Shown: one piece after another, positions 9,260-18,527 of the stretch
Position numbering within the stretch: the first letter of the stretch is position 1
Layout of the letters: the number at the start of each line of letters is the position of its first letter
Source: a virus
Lineage: Duplodnaviria > Caudoviricetes
Direction: 5' to 3' (one strand)
Virus record (IMG/VR): IMGVR_UViG_3300021255_000054
Length of the DNA: 64,000 bases
Made by a program: the position numbers and the translations under genes
The notes under the pieces: generated by a model
Told to the model about the DNA's origin: nothing
Databases searched by the model: none
The model's input: the letters and a program-made list of their open reading frames with translations, nothing else

Positions 9260-9529
9260 ATGGCAGTAAATAATATAATTCCAGGAAATGCCACATATAA
9301 TTTAACTTTTCTTAAGTGTTGGCGATGTGGCACGTTATACTCTACAGACCTTCCCATGCAAAGACATTTTCCAAAAGATGGACTTTTTAACTCCTGGTCT
9401 AGTTATGAAAGTTGTCCAATATGTGGCTGCGATACTAATGCAAATGAATGTAAAATATCTCCTGCTAAATTTAAATGGATTCGTTATTGGCGCGGAGTAA
9501 AACAGAGAATGAGAGGTAAAGAAGATTAA
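9260..9529 (+). CDS. Zn-ribbon hypothetical protein
   Basis: CWRCG ... CPICG. Confidence 0.6.
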   Translation: MAVNNIIPGNATYNLTFLKCWRCGTLYSTDLPMQRHFPKDGLFNSWSSYESCPICGCDTNANECKISPAKFKWIRYWRGVKQRMRGKED

Positions 9530-9544
9530 AGGAAGTGAATATAT

Positions 9545-9859
9545 ATGCAAAAATATAATGTAATTACTTTATGTGGTAGCACACGTTTTAAGGAAGATTT
9601 TGAACGTGTTAACAGGGAACTTACTTTGGCGGGTAATATCGTCATTAGTGTTGGTTGCTTTGGCCACGCTGGCGATGTTTTTACTGAAGAAGAAAAAATA
9701 ATGCTTGATGATATCCATAAAAGAAAGATTGATATGGCTGATGCTATTTATGTAATTAATAAAAACGGATATATTGGTGAAAGTACGAAGAGCGAAATTA
9801 AGTATGCACTTGAACATGGAAAACAAGTGATGTTAATGGAGAATCAATATGAAGTATGA
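9545..9859 (+). CDS. NDT/TIR-like fold small protein
   Basis: ITLCGSTRF..KIDMADAIYVIN..YIGESTKSEIKYA; conserved Glu helix like the NDT superfamily. Confidence 0.6.
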   Translation: MQKYNVITLCGSTRFKEDFERVNRELTLAGNIVISVGCFGHAGDVFTEEEKIMLDDIHKRKIDMADAIYVINKNGYIGESTKSEIKYALEHGKQVMLMENQYEV

Positions 9860-10247
9860 TTATAGAGATGCTATGGCTAATGATATTATAAATTATATAT
9901 TATATAATTGTCCTGAATATTTATCTGAAATAAATCAATCTGATGAATTGCGCGAAAAGTTATGGGAAGAATTATGGGCAGAAGATAGTATCACTGGTAA
10001 TGGTGGTAATTATTATGATACAGAAGAAAAATGTTTTGAATATATTTCAGGAAATACTGATCTAGTATATGAAGCCGCGCGTGAATTTTGTATTAATGAT
10101 AATATATATAAGATAATTGAACGTTATACAAATAAAACACTTGGACGTTATTTAGATTGTACTACACGTTGCTATATTTTAAGTAGTGCTATTGATTTAG
10201 CTTTGGAGAGGATAAAAGAAAATGTACATAAATGGAAAAACTTGTAA
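9849..10247 (+). CDS. hypothetical protein
   Basis: ORF with DSITGNG motif. Confidence 0.6.
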   Translation: MKYDYRDAMANDIINYILYNCPEYLSEINQSDELREKLWEELWAEDSITGNGGNYYDTEEKCFEYISGNTDLVYEAAREFCINDNIYKIIERYTNKTLGRYLDCTTRCYILSSAIDLALERIKENVHKWKNL

Positions 10248-10401
10248 TAATTGCTCACATAAAAATGTATGCAAATATATGAAAGATGTACAAGAAACTA
10301 TTGAAAGTATACATATGAATAGAGAGTTACCAGAAGATATAAAAATAGTATTTCAAGTTGAATGCAAGCATTGGGGAGAGCCAATTATCAATACAAGATA
10401 A
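10222..10401 (+). CDS. small Cys-containing protein (59 aa)
   Basis: Manual translation MYINGKTCNNCSHKNVCKY... Confidence 0.5.
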   Translation: MYINGKTCNNCSHKNVCKYMKDVQETIESIHMNRELPEDIKIVFQVECKHWGEPIINTR

Positions 10402-10430
10402 TTGACTCTTTTTTAAATTTATGTTATAAT
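10402..10430 (+). promoter_or_regulatory. sigmaA-type promoter
   Basis: TTGACT-N17-TATAAT with TG extension. Confidence 0.75.
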
Positions 10431-10464
10431 TATTTGTAAAGAGAAAGAGAATGGATGTGATTTA

Positions 10465-12327
10465 ATGCCTGATAATTATGGTATAGACTCAATTCAAAGT
10501 TTGGACTTCAGAGAAGGTGTCCGTACGCGAATTCAGATGTATTTAGGTTCGGATGATAATGAAGGAACTTACCAGGCTTTAAAAGAAATTATAAATAATA
10601 GTACTGATGAAGCACTTGCAGGATATGGAAAGCAAATCCGAATAATGCTAGACGAGCGGAATAATTCAGTTACGGTACGCGATTATGGTCGCGGAGTACC
10701 TTTTGGTATTCGTGAAAACGGCGAAAATGTTTTAGTATCTATATTTACTAAAAGTCATACTGGTGGTAAGTTTTCGCATGATGCCTATAAGAATGCCTCT
10801 GGTTTAAACGGAATCGGTGGTTCTTGTGTATGCCTTTCATCTAAAAATTTTACTGTTCAAAGTTTTCGAGATGGTAAACGAGCCGCGGCTATATTTGAAA
10901 AAGGAATTTTAAAGAATTATATTGAAGAGCCATGTAATAATCCTAACGGTACTAGAATAGATTTTAGTCCTGATCCTGAAGTATTTTCAAATGGCCCGAT
11001 TGGTTATGATTTTAATCGAATTTGTCAGGACATTCAAGATATTTCGTATCTTTATCCTGGAATTGAATTTATAGTTTCAAATGAAAATGATGTAAAAACT
11101 TATTGCGCGAAAAATGGTATTATTGATTTTGTAACAGTCAATGTAAAAAAGCCGCTACAAAAGCACATTATTACAGCATCTGCAGATGATGGAACTGATT
11201 CTATTGAAATTGCGTTTCAATGGGGCACTAAACGTGAAACTGCATATGTATTTGTAAATGGTCTTAGAGTTCCAGAAGGTGGTTCTCCTATTACCGGAGC
11301 TCGTGCTGCTATTACAAAAACATTTAATAATTTAGCTGATGCTTCATTTGATGGCGAATATATTCGTAAAAATCTATTTTATGTAATTAATTGTAAAGTA
11401 GAAAATCCATCATTTGCTAATCAGACTAAATCAAAAATTAATAATGCTTCACTTCGTACATTGGCTTCTACAGCTTTTACTAATGCACTTAAAGATATGA
11501 GTACTCAATATCCAAGTGAATTTAGTACAATTGTAGAAATGCTTCGTAAGATTGAAAAAGCAGAAGCAGCCGCCACAAAAGCCCGCGATGCAATTCTTAA
11601 TATGGAGAAAAAGGAAACTGAACAGCGTAAGCGCAAAGTTACTTCTTCTGATAAATATAAGGATTGCGAAAAACATGGTCAAGACTCAATGCTAATTATC
11701 TGCGAAGGTAATTCTGCGTTAGGTGGTCTGATGCCCGCGCGTGATGTTAAGACAGAAGCATTATATGCAGTGCGTGGAAAGGTCAAAAACCTAATGAAGC
11801 ATCCACTTGATGAATGCTTAGAAAATCAGGAAGTTTCTGATATTATCATGGCGCTTGGATGTGGTATTCAAGAAAAGTATAATAGTAAGAAGCTTAATTA
11901 TGGTAAAGTAGCTATTGCGGTAGATGCTGATGTAGATGGATATAATATTATGTGTCTTATTACTACACTCTTTTATGTCCTAATGCCTAAGTTTATTGAA
12001 GAAGGCAGACTCGGATGGCTGCGCGCGCCTCTTTATCGTTTAAGCAAAGGAAAACAGAGTGTGTACGCCTATGATGAAGATGAGCTTGCTGAGCTAAGAA
12101 AAACTAGACCTGGATGGGAACAGAGCCGCTTTAAGGGCCTCGGAGAATGCACTTCTGAGGATATGGAAGGTTCTATGCTACATCCAACAAATCGGCGTTT
12201 GGAGATTCTTACTATAAATGATGCTGAAGCAGCATATGAAAGTTTAAAAATGTTGATGGGTACGGAAGTTGAGGAGCGCCGGGACTTCCTGTTTGAGAAT
12301 GTGGATTTTAGTATTTTGAATAATTGA
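10465..12327 (+). CDS. gyrB: type IIA topoisomerase subunit B (GyrB/ParE-like)
   Basis: GHKL motifs EIINNSTDE, DYGRGVP, HTGGKF, SGLNGIG; TOPRIM EGNSA, DADVDG; RFKGLGE. Confidence 0.92.
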   Translation: MPDNYGIDSIQSLDFREGVRTRIQMYLGSDDNEGTYQALKEIINNSTDEALAGYGKQIRIMLDERNNSVTVRDYGRGVPFGIRENGENVLVSIFTKSHTGGKFSHDAYKNASGLNGIGGSCVCLSSKNFTVQSFRDGKRAAAIFEKGILKNYIEEPCNNPNGTRIDFSPDPEVFSNGPIGYDFNRICQDIQDISYLYPGIEFIVSNENDVKTYCAKNGIIDFVTVNVKKPLQKHIITASADDGTDSIEIAFQWGTKRETAYVFVNGLRVPEGGSPITGARAAITKTFNNLADASFDGEYIRKNLFYVINCKVENPSFANQTKSKINNASLRTLASTAFTNALKDMSTQYPSEFSTIVEMLRKIEKAEAAATKARDAILNMEKKETEQRKRKVTSSDKYKDCEKHGQDSMLIICEGNSALGGLMPARDVKTEALYAVRGKVKNLMKHPLDECLENQEVSDIIMALGCGIQEKYNSKKLNYGKVAIAVDADVDGYNIMCLITTLFYVLMPKFIEEGRLGWLRAPLYRLSKGKQSVYAYDEDELAELRKTRPGWEQSRFKGLGECTSEDMEGSMLHPTNRRLEILTINDAEAAYESLKMLMGTEVEERRDFLFENVDFSILNN

Positions 12328-12352
12328 CATTTACTTAAATTTATATTATAAT
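12324..12352 (+). promoter_or_regulatory. sigmaA-type promoter
   Basis: TTGACA-N17-TATAAT. Confidence 0.8.
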
Positions 12353-12380
12353 AATCAAAAAGAAAGGAAATAATAATAAA

Positions 12381-12800
12381 ATGACACATGCATCTAGAGA
12401 TACAACAACCGGTTTAAAATTTGAAGAGCAGATTAAAACTAATACTTCCGGAATTGAACTTACTAAGCATAAACTATATAAATATCTAAATACTCTCGGA
12501 ATTAAATGGGATGATATTATTAGTAAAAAAATTTTGCCTGATGAAGCTTATTTTAATCCTATTACTAAAGAGTTAAAAATTTATGAAAAAAAATATCAAC
12601 AAGTTGCTGGTTCAGCTGATGAAAAACCTCAAACTTGTGGATTTAAGATTCATCAGTTTAAGAAAATTGGTAATGCAATTGGAGCGAAAAAAGTTACTTA
12701 TACATATTTACTTAGTTCTTGGTTTGCTAAACCAGAATATAAAGATATGCTTGATTATATTAAAAGTATCGAAGGATGCGATTATCAAATTATGGAGTGA
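12381..12800 (+). CDS. putative PD-(D/E)XK restriction endonuclease-like protein
   Basis: GLKFE ... LPDEA ... IYEKKYQ..GSADEK; adjacent to an MTase. Confidence 0.6.
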   Translation: MTHASRDTTTGLKFEEQIKTNTSGIELTKHKLYKYLNTLGIKWDDIISKKILPDEAYFNPITKELKIYEKKYQQVAGSADEKPQTCGFKIHQFKKIGNAIGAKKVTYTYLLSSWFAKPEYKDMLDYIKSIEGCDYQIME

Positions 12801-12806
12801 TTTATT

Positions 12807-13340
12807 ATGGCTTTAAATAAAGGATATTTGACCGCAAAAACTGATAAAGCTTCTGATGAGGTATATACTCCAGCTTATGCGGTAAAACCAATTATAAAAT
12901 ATATAAAACCTACAGATATTATATGGTGTCCATTTGATATGGAAGATAGTGAGTATGTAAAATTAATTCGTGAGAATGAAAACAAAGTAATTGCGACTCA
13001 TATTGATACGGGTCATAATTTTTTTGAATATGAACCAGAAGAACATTATGATATAATTATTTCAAATCCACCATTTTCAATTAAAGATGATATTATTAAG
13101 CGGTTATATGAACTAAACAAACCTTATGCAGTGCTCCTCCCAATTCCTTCACTACAAGGGCAAAAGCGTTTTCCTTATATGAAAGATTGTCAAGCATTAA
13201 TTTTTGATAAACGTATTAATTATTATACTAATCCAATCAAAAAAGAAATTCAAAAAGGAGTGAGTTTTGGTTCATTTTATTTATGTCGCAACTTACTACC
13301 AAAAGATTTAATTTTTGAAGAGTTAAATATAAAGGATTAA
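12807..13340 (+). CDS. small N6-adenine DNA methyltransferase
   Basis: DEVYTP, IWCPFD, SNPPFS catalytic motif. Confidence 0.8.
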   Translation: MALNKGYLTAKTDKASDEVYTPAYAVKPIIKYIKPTDIIWCPFDMEDSEYVKLIRENENKVIATHIDTGHNFFEYEPEEHYDIIISNPPFSIKDDIIKRLYELNKPYAVLLPIPSLQGQKRFPYMKDCQALIFDKRINYYTNPIKKEIQKGVSFGSFYLCRNLLPKDLIFEELNIKD

Positions 13341-13369
13341 TTGACAATCTATAAAATTTATGTTATAAT
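13341..13369 (+). promoter_or_regulatory. sigmaA-type promoter
   Basis: TTGACA-N17-TATAAT with TG extension. Confidence 0.8.
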
Positions 13370-13393
13370 AAATAAAAAGAAAGGAGTGAGATA

Positions 13394-15472
13394 ATGATTA
13401 AGAATGTAGACTTTCAGCACACCATTGAGGATGCATTTCTAAAGTACGGAGCTTCTATAGCTCAAGAGCGGTCATTGCCTGATGTAAGGGATATGCTCAA
13501 AATTGGTTTGCGGCAAGGTCTATATGCACAGTTTACTAATAAACTCACTCATAAAGATAAGTTCCAGAAGGCGCAAAAGAGTGTTGCCGCAGCTATGTCT
13601 CAGTCATATGTTCATGGTGATGTAGCAATGTATGATGCTCTTATTCGCGCCGCTCGGCCTTGGTCTAGCCGTTACCCACTTGAAGATGTACAAGGAAGTT
13701 ATGGTAATCCTTCATCTCCCGATAGTCATGCGGCCGCCCGTTATGTAGAAATGAAAGCGGGCGAAGTCGCAGACTTTATGTTTGACGGCCTTAAGAAAAA
13801 TGCTATTACAGAATGGTATGATAATTATGATAGTACAGAGAAAATCCCATCTGTATTTCCTTCTATTGGATATTGGAATATTGTGAATGGATGCCAAGGT
13901 ATTGCCGTAGCAATGGCAACTTCGGTGCCGCAATTTAATTTAAAAGAAGTAAACGCAGCATTAATCAAATTAATTAAGAATCCTAATGCTACTTATGATG
14001 AAATTTATTGTGCTCCTGATTTTGCAACTGGCGGATTAATTACGAATGCGAATGAAGTAAAAGAAAGCTTACGAATTGGTAAAGGGAAATCAATTCGTAT
14101 TCGCGCGAATATCAAGTATAATCCAAAAGAAAATATGCTTCAAGCCACAGAGCTTCCTTATGGCGTATTTACTAATACAGTAATGGATCAGCTTGCGGCA
14201 TTAGTAAATGATAATCCCGAATATGGAGTAGATAAAGTTATTGACCATACAAAGAAAGAAGCAGATATTCGTATTTATCTTTCTAAAGGTCAAAACCCTG
14301 ATAAGATGATTGCTAAGCTTTATCATGATACTTCATTAGAAAATCATTATTCTATTAATATGATTCTTCTGGATAAAGGACGCTTTCCAAAAGTATTTGG
14401 ATGGCGCGAAGCGTGTGAAGCTTATATTGCTCATATTAGGCAATGTAAACGCAATATCATTCAATTTGATCTTGATAAAGCACTCGCGCGCGAGAATGTA
14501 ATTAATGGATTATTAGTTGCTATAGCAAATATTGATGAAGTAGTTGCTATTATACGAGGTTCTGAAAATCCAAGCGTCGCGGCTGAAGCATTGATTGAAC
14601 GTTTCCAATTTAATAAACCGCAAGTAGATGCGATTCTATCCATGAAACTATCTTCCTTGTGCCGACTTGACGGGATAAAATTAAATAAAGAACTGGAAGA
14701 AACTAGACGTTTTATTGGCGACTGTAATTACCTATTAAATGAACCTACCGCTTTAGATGAAAAATTAATTGAAACACTAAATCTAGTATCTGAAAAATTC
14801 GGTGACTCAAGGCGCACAAAAGTTGAAAATATTTTGGGCGATGAAGAAGAACCTGAGGTAATTGAAGAAAAAGATATTTGTATTGTATATGATACAAAGA
14901 CCATTAAAGTTGTTGAGAAATCTAGCGTGAAAAAGTCAATTAAGAATCAGGAAATCTTCTATAGTACTAATTTAAGTAATTTGGTACTCTTTACTTCAAA
15001 TGGTAAATTCTATAGTGCTCCAATTTCTAAGTTGAAGTACAATAAAGACTATAAAGTAAATGAAGTATTTGAGAGCAGTACTGAGAAACCAGTATTAGTA
15101 CTTGATAGTAAAACCTTTAATGCTTTTGATTCAGTTACTATCGTAACTAAAAATGGGTTAGTTAAGAAAAGTCATATTGCAGAATATATCGTGCGTTCTA
15201 AAAAAGGAACTGCCGCGATTAAGCTAGACGAAAATGATATGGTAATTGCAGTTATTCTTAGTAGTGATGAAGATGATAGAATTGTTATAATTAGTAATAA
15301 TAATTATTATAATTGCTATCCATTATCTGAACTTACATATACTGGAAGAGTTACTAAGGGTGTTAAAGCGATTAAATTAAATCAAGATGAATATGTAAAA
15401 GAAGCTAAATGGGTAGGCGATTCTAGTTATAAAAATACCGGTCGTGCGGTAAGAGGAGTAAAGAATGAATAA
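13394..15472 (+). CDS. gyrA: type IIA topoisomerase subunit A (GyrA/ParC-like)
   Basis: RSLPDVRD, HGD, AAARY active-site Tyr, GIAVAMAT, PDFATGG; degenerate beta-pinwheel CTD. Confidence 0.92.
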   Translation: MIKNVDFQHTIEDAFLKYGASIAQERSLPDVRDMLKIGLRQGLYAQFTNKLTHKDKFQKAQKSVAAAMSQSYVHGDVAMYDALIRAARPWSSRYPLEDVQGSYGNPSSPDSHAAARYVEMKAGEVADFMFDGLKKNAITEWYDNYDSTEKIPSVFPSIGYWNIVNGCQGIAVAMATSVPQFNLKEVNAALIKLIKNPNATYDEIYCAPDFATGGLITNANEVKESLRIGKGKSIRIRANIKYNPKENMLQATELPYGVFTNTVMDQLAALVNDNPEYGVDKVIDHTKKEADIRIYLSKGQNPDKMIAKLYHDTSLENHYSINMILLDKGRFPKVFGWREACEAYIAHIRQCKRNIIQFDLDKALARENVINGLLVAIANIDEVVAIIRGSENPSVAAEALIERFQFNKPQVDAILSMKLSSLCRLDGIKLNKELEETRRFIGDCNYLLNEPTALDEKLIETLNLVSEKFGDSRRTKVENILGDEEEPEVIEEKDICIVYDTKTIKVVEKSSVKKSIKNQEIFYSTNLSNLVLFTSNGKFYSAPISKLKYNKDYKVNEVFESSTEKPVLVLDSKTFNAFDSVTIVTKNGLVKKSHIAEYIVRSKKGTAAIKLDENDMVIAVILSSDEDDRIVIISNNNYYNCYPLSELTYTGRVTKGVKAIKLNQDEYVKEAKWVGDSSYKNTGRAVRGVKNE

Positions 15473-15851
15473 AAAGTATATTGAACTATTTTAGGAAATG
15501 TCTAAAGCTATGGCAGTATCTGCTGAAACTGTCGCTGAATATGATAGGTAGCATAATGATAAGAAAGGTGAGAAAGCCGCGCTTCAAATGCGTGATGATT
15601 ATCAAGCGCTTCTTGATAAAATTAAAGAATTTGGTGAGGATTATGTCCCTACTAAAAACGATTGTGCTAAATTCACAGTTGCCGCAATGGTGCTGGTAAA
15701 TCAGTTGCAAGATAGAATGAATGCACTTAAAAAATCCATTGTTGGATATCAAACAGACTTAATTCCTAAATTACAGGAAATTGTAGATAAAGCCACTGAT
15801 GAAAATATCGTGGAAATGATTGAAGAAAAGTTTAATATTAAAGACAACTAA
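15465..15851 (+). CDS. hypothetical protein, 128 aa, 2 in-frame TAG
   Basis: GAGGAG SD before ATG 15465, in frame with track ORF 15588. Confidence 0.65.
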
Positions 15852-15855
15852 ATAT

Positions 15856-15884
15856 TTGATTTTTAATGAAATTTAAAGTATAAT
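15856..15884 (+). promoter_or_regulatory. sigmaA-type promoter
   Basis: TTGATT-N17-TATAAT. Confidence 0.65.
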
Positions 15885-15938
15885 TAATATGTAAAAAAAG
15901 AAGAGGGCAAAAGCCCCAAAGAAAAGGAGAAATTATAT

Positions 15939-16304
15939 ATGACTATTAATTCTGAAAAGGTACTAAATTTTCTAAAGGAACATTATGGACAGGAATATAG
16001 TAAGCAGGAGATTGCTGATGCACTAGGGATTTCTCTCAGTGCAGTAATTGGCTCTATTAATCCACTAGAAACGAAGGGATATTCTCGTATCGCGCGTGAG
16101 GAAACGGTTGAACTGGAGCCCGCTACTGAAACTCGTAAGGCTAAGACCAAGGTAGTTAAGTATCATACTCTAACTGAAGAAGGTCTAGCTTATGATCCAG
16201 TTGCTGAAGAAGCCGCTAAGGCTGCTGCTAAGCAGGCGGATAAGGAACGTAGGGCCGCAGAAAGAGCTGCTAAGAAGGCTGCTAAGGAAGCCGCGGCTGA
16301 ATAA
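15939..16304 (+). CDS. winged-helix DNA-binding protein with Ala/Lys/Glu-rich tail
   Basis: SKQEIADALGISLSAVIGSINPLETKGY..LTEEG. Confidence 0.7.
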   Translation: MTINSEKVLNFLKEHYGQEYSKQEIADALGISLSAVIGSINPLETKGYSRIAREETVELEPATETRKAKTKVVKYHTLTEEGLAYDPVAEEAAKAAAKQADKERRAAERAAKKAAKEAAAE

Positions 16305-16333
16305 TTGACAATATTTAAAAAATAAAGTATAAT
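16305..16333 (+). promoter_or_regulatory. sigmaA-type promoter
   Basis: TTGACA-N17-TATAAT. Confidence 0.8.
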
Positions 16334-16367
16334 AAATAAAAAGAATAAATAAAAGGGGAAAAGAAAA

Positions 16368-17261
16368 ATGAAGAGTATTAAAGTATAGGCAGAAAACAAA
16401 ATCAATCTAGTTGGTAAATTACTTGATGCAACTTTTGGTGATGGTAAGCTATCCGATGGACGTCATTATGAGCGGGCTACTGTAACAGTTCGTGTAACTC
16501 AGACTTATGGTGGTAAGACTGAAACAAGTGAAATTCCGGTTGGAATGTTCGCAACTGATTTCACTTCTACTGGTAAGCCTAATCCCGCGATGAAGAGTAT
16601 TCACGATCTAAAGTTAATGAATACTGCTCAGAATGTTGGCATTGATGCTGCCGCAAATGTACGGTTTAGTGGTATTTCTCTTCAGGAGAATAATTTCGTA
16701 TCTCGTACTGGTCAGCTTATTAATGGCTGGCAGCTACGCGGTAGCTTCGTAAGTGAAGCGAAGGTTTCTGATGTTGGGTCTTTTGCTGTAGAAATATTCA
16801 TTATGGATATGCATGATGAAGTAGATAACAATGGTGATCCTACAGGACGTTTAGTTCTTCGTGGCGGTATTGTACAGTACGATGGACGTCTTGATGTTGT
16901 AAACTTTATTGTTGAAGCTCCCGATGCAGTAGAATATATTTCTCAGCATTGGAATACTCAGGATACAGTAGTTGTAAAAGGACGTATTCGTGTGACCTCT
17001 GAGGAACAGGAAGTTGCTTCTAGTGGTTGGGGTGAAGAAGTTCCTGAGACCACAACTCGTTATGTGCGCGAACTAATTGTTACAACTGGTCTAGATCCTA
17101 AAGAAGAAGATTTTGCTTATGATCCTACAGAGATCAAGAAGGCATTTAATGAACGTAAGGCCGCAATTGAGCAGATGCAGGAAAATGCTCGTGCTCATGC
17201 TACAAAAGGAACAACAGCAAATGCTCCTTCTACCGCGGCAAATAAGTACAGTTGGGAGTAA
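16368..17261 (+). CDS. putative ssDNA-binding protein (tandem OB-like), 297 aa, TAG at codon 7
   Basis: MKSIKV(TAG)AENKINLVGKLLD in frame with track ORF 16545; flexible C-tail ending in aromatic residue; first gene of the replication module. Confidence 0.55.
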
Positions 17262-17284
17262 GGCATAAGCCTTACTTTCCTTTT
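17257..17284 (+). terminator. probable intrinsic terminator
   Basis: AGTAAGGC-ATAA-GCCTTACT then TTCCTTTT. Confidence 0.5.
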
Positions 17285-17304
17285 CTGTATGAGAGGTGAT
17301 TTAA

Positions 17305-18303
17305 ATGGCGGATATTGATATTTTTTCTCTGGAGCCTTCCAAGATTTCAAGAGATCTTAAGGGAAAATTCTTGCTAATCTACGGTCAGCCAAAGACAGGT
17401 AAATCTACTTTTGGTAGCCAGCTTCCACGCGCTTTGTTTATGAACTTTGAACAAGGTACTAACGCGCTTGCTGGTATTCGTAGCGCTCCTATTCTACGTT
17501 GGACTGATGCTAAGAAAGTCTTAACTCAGCTACGTAAGCCACAGGCAAAAGAGATGTATGATAGTATTGTTGTTGATACTGCTTCAATCGCTTGGCAACT
17601 ATGTGAAAAGTATATTTGCCAGCGTGAAAATGTAGATAGTATTCGAGATGTGCCTTGGGGCCAAGGTTGGAATATGCTAAAGACTGAGTTCTCAGAATTC
17701 TGGCGTGAAATTACACTACTTGGTTTTGGTATTCTTTTTATTGCGCATAGTAAGGATAAGCCAACAGAAATGCGCGATGAGGATGGGAATGCAATTACTG
17801 CTGTATGTCCTGATCTTCCAAATCAAGCTTATACTATCATTAACTCAATTGTTGATATTATTGGATATTTACAGGTTCAGATGAATCCCGACGGAACTTC
17901 TGAACGTTATCTATATACTCGTTCTACTCCGACAGTATTTGCAGGTAGTCGTTATCAGTATCTTGCTCCAAAGATTAAATTTGGATATCAAGAATTGGTA
18001 GATGCTATTGGAGATGCTATTGATAAGGCAGTAGAACTTGATGGTGCACAAGTTACTGATCATACTGAAATCGCGCAGATTAAGGACAGACCTTTCCCAG
18101 AGGTAATGACTGAAGCGCGTAATGTATGGAGTAGCTATCTTGATAGCGCTAAGAATGATGAAGAGAAAGATCAGCATTTAATGATTATGAAGGATATTAT
18201 TAAAAAGGTCTTTGGATCTGAGGAATTTAAACTCAGCCAAGCAGTGCCTTCTCAATCTTCACTTGTTGAATACTTTATTGATGAAGTAAAGCAGTTAATG
18301 TAA
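17305..18303 (+). CDS. AAA-family ATPase (Sak4/AAA_24-like recombination protein)
   Basis: GQPKTGKST, IVVDT, GQGW, FIAHSK. Confidence 0.8.
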   Translation: MADIDIFSLEPSKISRDLKGKFLLIYGQPKTGKSTFGSQLPRALFMNFEQGTNALAGIRSAPILRWTDAKKVLTQLRKPQAKEMYDSIVVDTASIAWQLCEKYICQRENVDSIRDVPWGQGWNMLKTEFSEFWREITLLGFGILFIAHSKDKPTEMRDEDGNAITAVCPDLPNQAYTIINSIVDIIGYLQVQMNPDGTSERYLYTRSTPTVFAGSRYQYLAPKIKFGYQELVDAIGDAIDKAVELDGAQVTDHTEIAQIKDRPFPEVMTEARNVWSSYLDSAKNDEEKDQHLMIMKDIIKKVFGSEEFKLSQAVPSQSSLVEYFIDEVKQLM

Positions 18304-18307
18304 TATA

Positions 18308-18441
18308 AATATAGTGGCGGAATAGGTAGACGCTACACAATGGTGTGAGAGTATGGCGACCTATGTGCAAAGTAGAACGTGCCAGAGCGATTCGAAGAGA
18401 TATAGCCGAAACCATGTAAGGTGCAAATCCTTACCTATATT
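18308..18441 (+). ncRNA. tRNA-like RNA with oversized central domain
   Basis: Acceptor AATATAG/CTATATT; D-arm TGGCGGAATAGGTAGACGC (Leu/Ser type); T-arm GTAAGG-TGCAAAT-CCTTAC; ~80 nt between D and T arms, with no canonical anticodon loop recognised. Confidence 0.7.
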
Positions 18442-18443
18442 TT

Positions 18444-18468
18444 AGAGCCGTAAGGCTCTTTTTTATTT
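18444..18468 (+). terminator. intrinsic terminator
   Basis: AGAGCC-GTAA-GGCTCT followed by TTTTTATTT. Confidence 0.75.
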
Positions 18469-18494
18469 GACAAATTTTAGAATTATGGTATAAT
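18467..18494 (+). promoter_or_regulatory. sigmaA-type promoter
   Basis: TTGACA-N16-TATAAT with TGn extension. Confidence 0.65.
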
Positions 18495-18527
18495 ATATAT
18501 AGAATGAAATGTAAAGGAGAGTGGAAT

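Noticed and set aside
10465-15472. Bacterial chromosomal gyrase locus
   Set aside because: The context is entirely phage-like (virion genes, SPbeta-like replication module, tiny ORFs), the sequences are divergent, and there is no dnaA/dnaN/recF neighbourhood.
18308-18441. Canonical tRNA-Leu/Ser or the amber suppressor tRNA
   Set aside because: No 7-nt anticodon loop with CTA (or any anticodon) could be placed; the central region is far too long.
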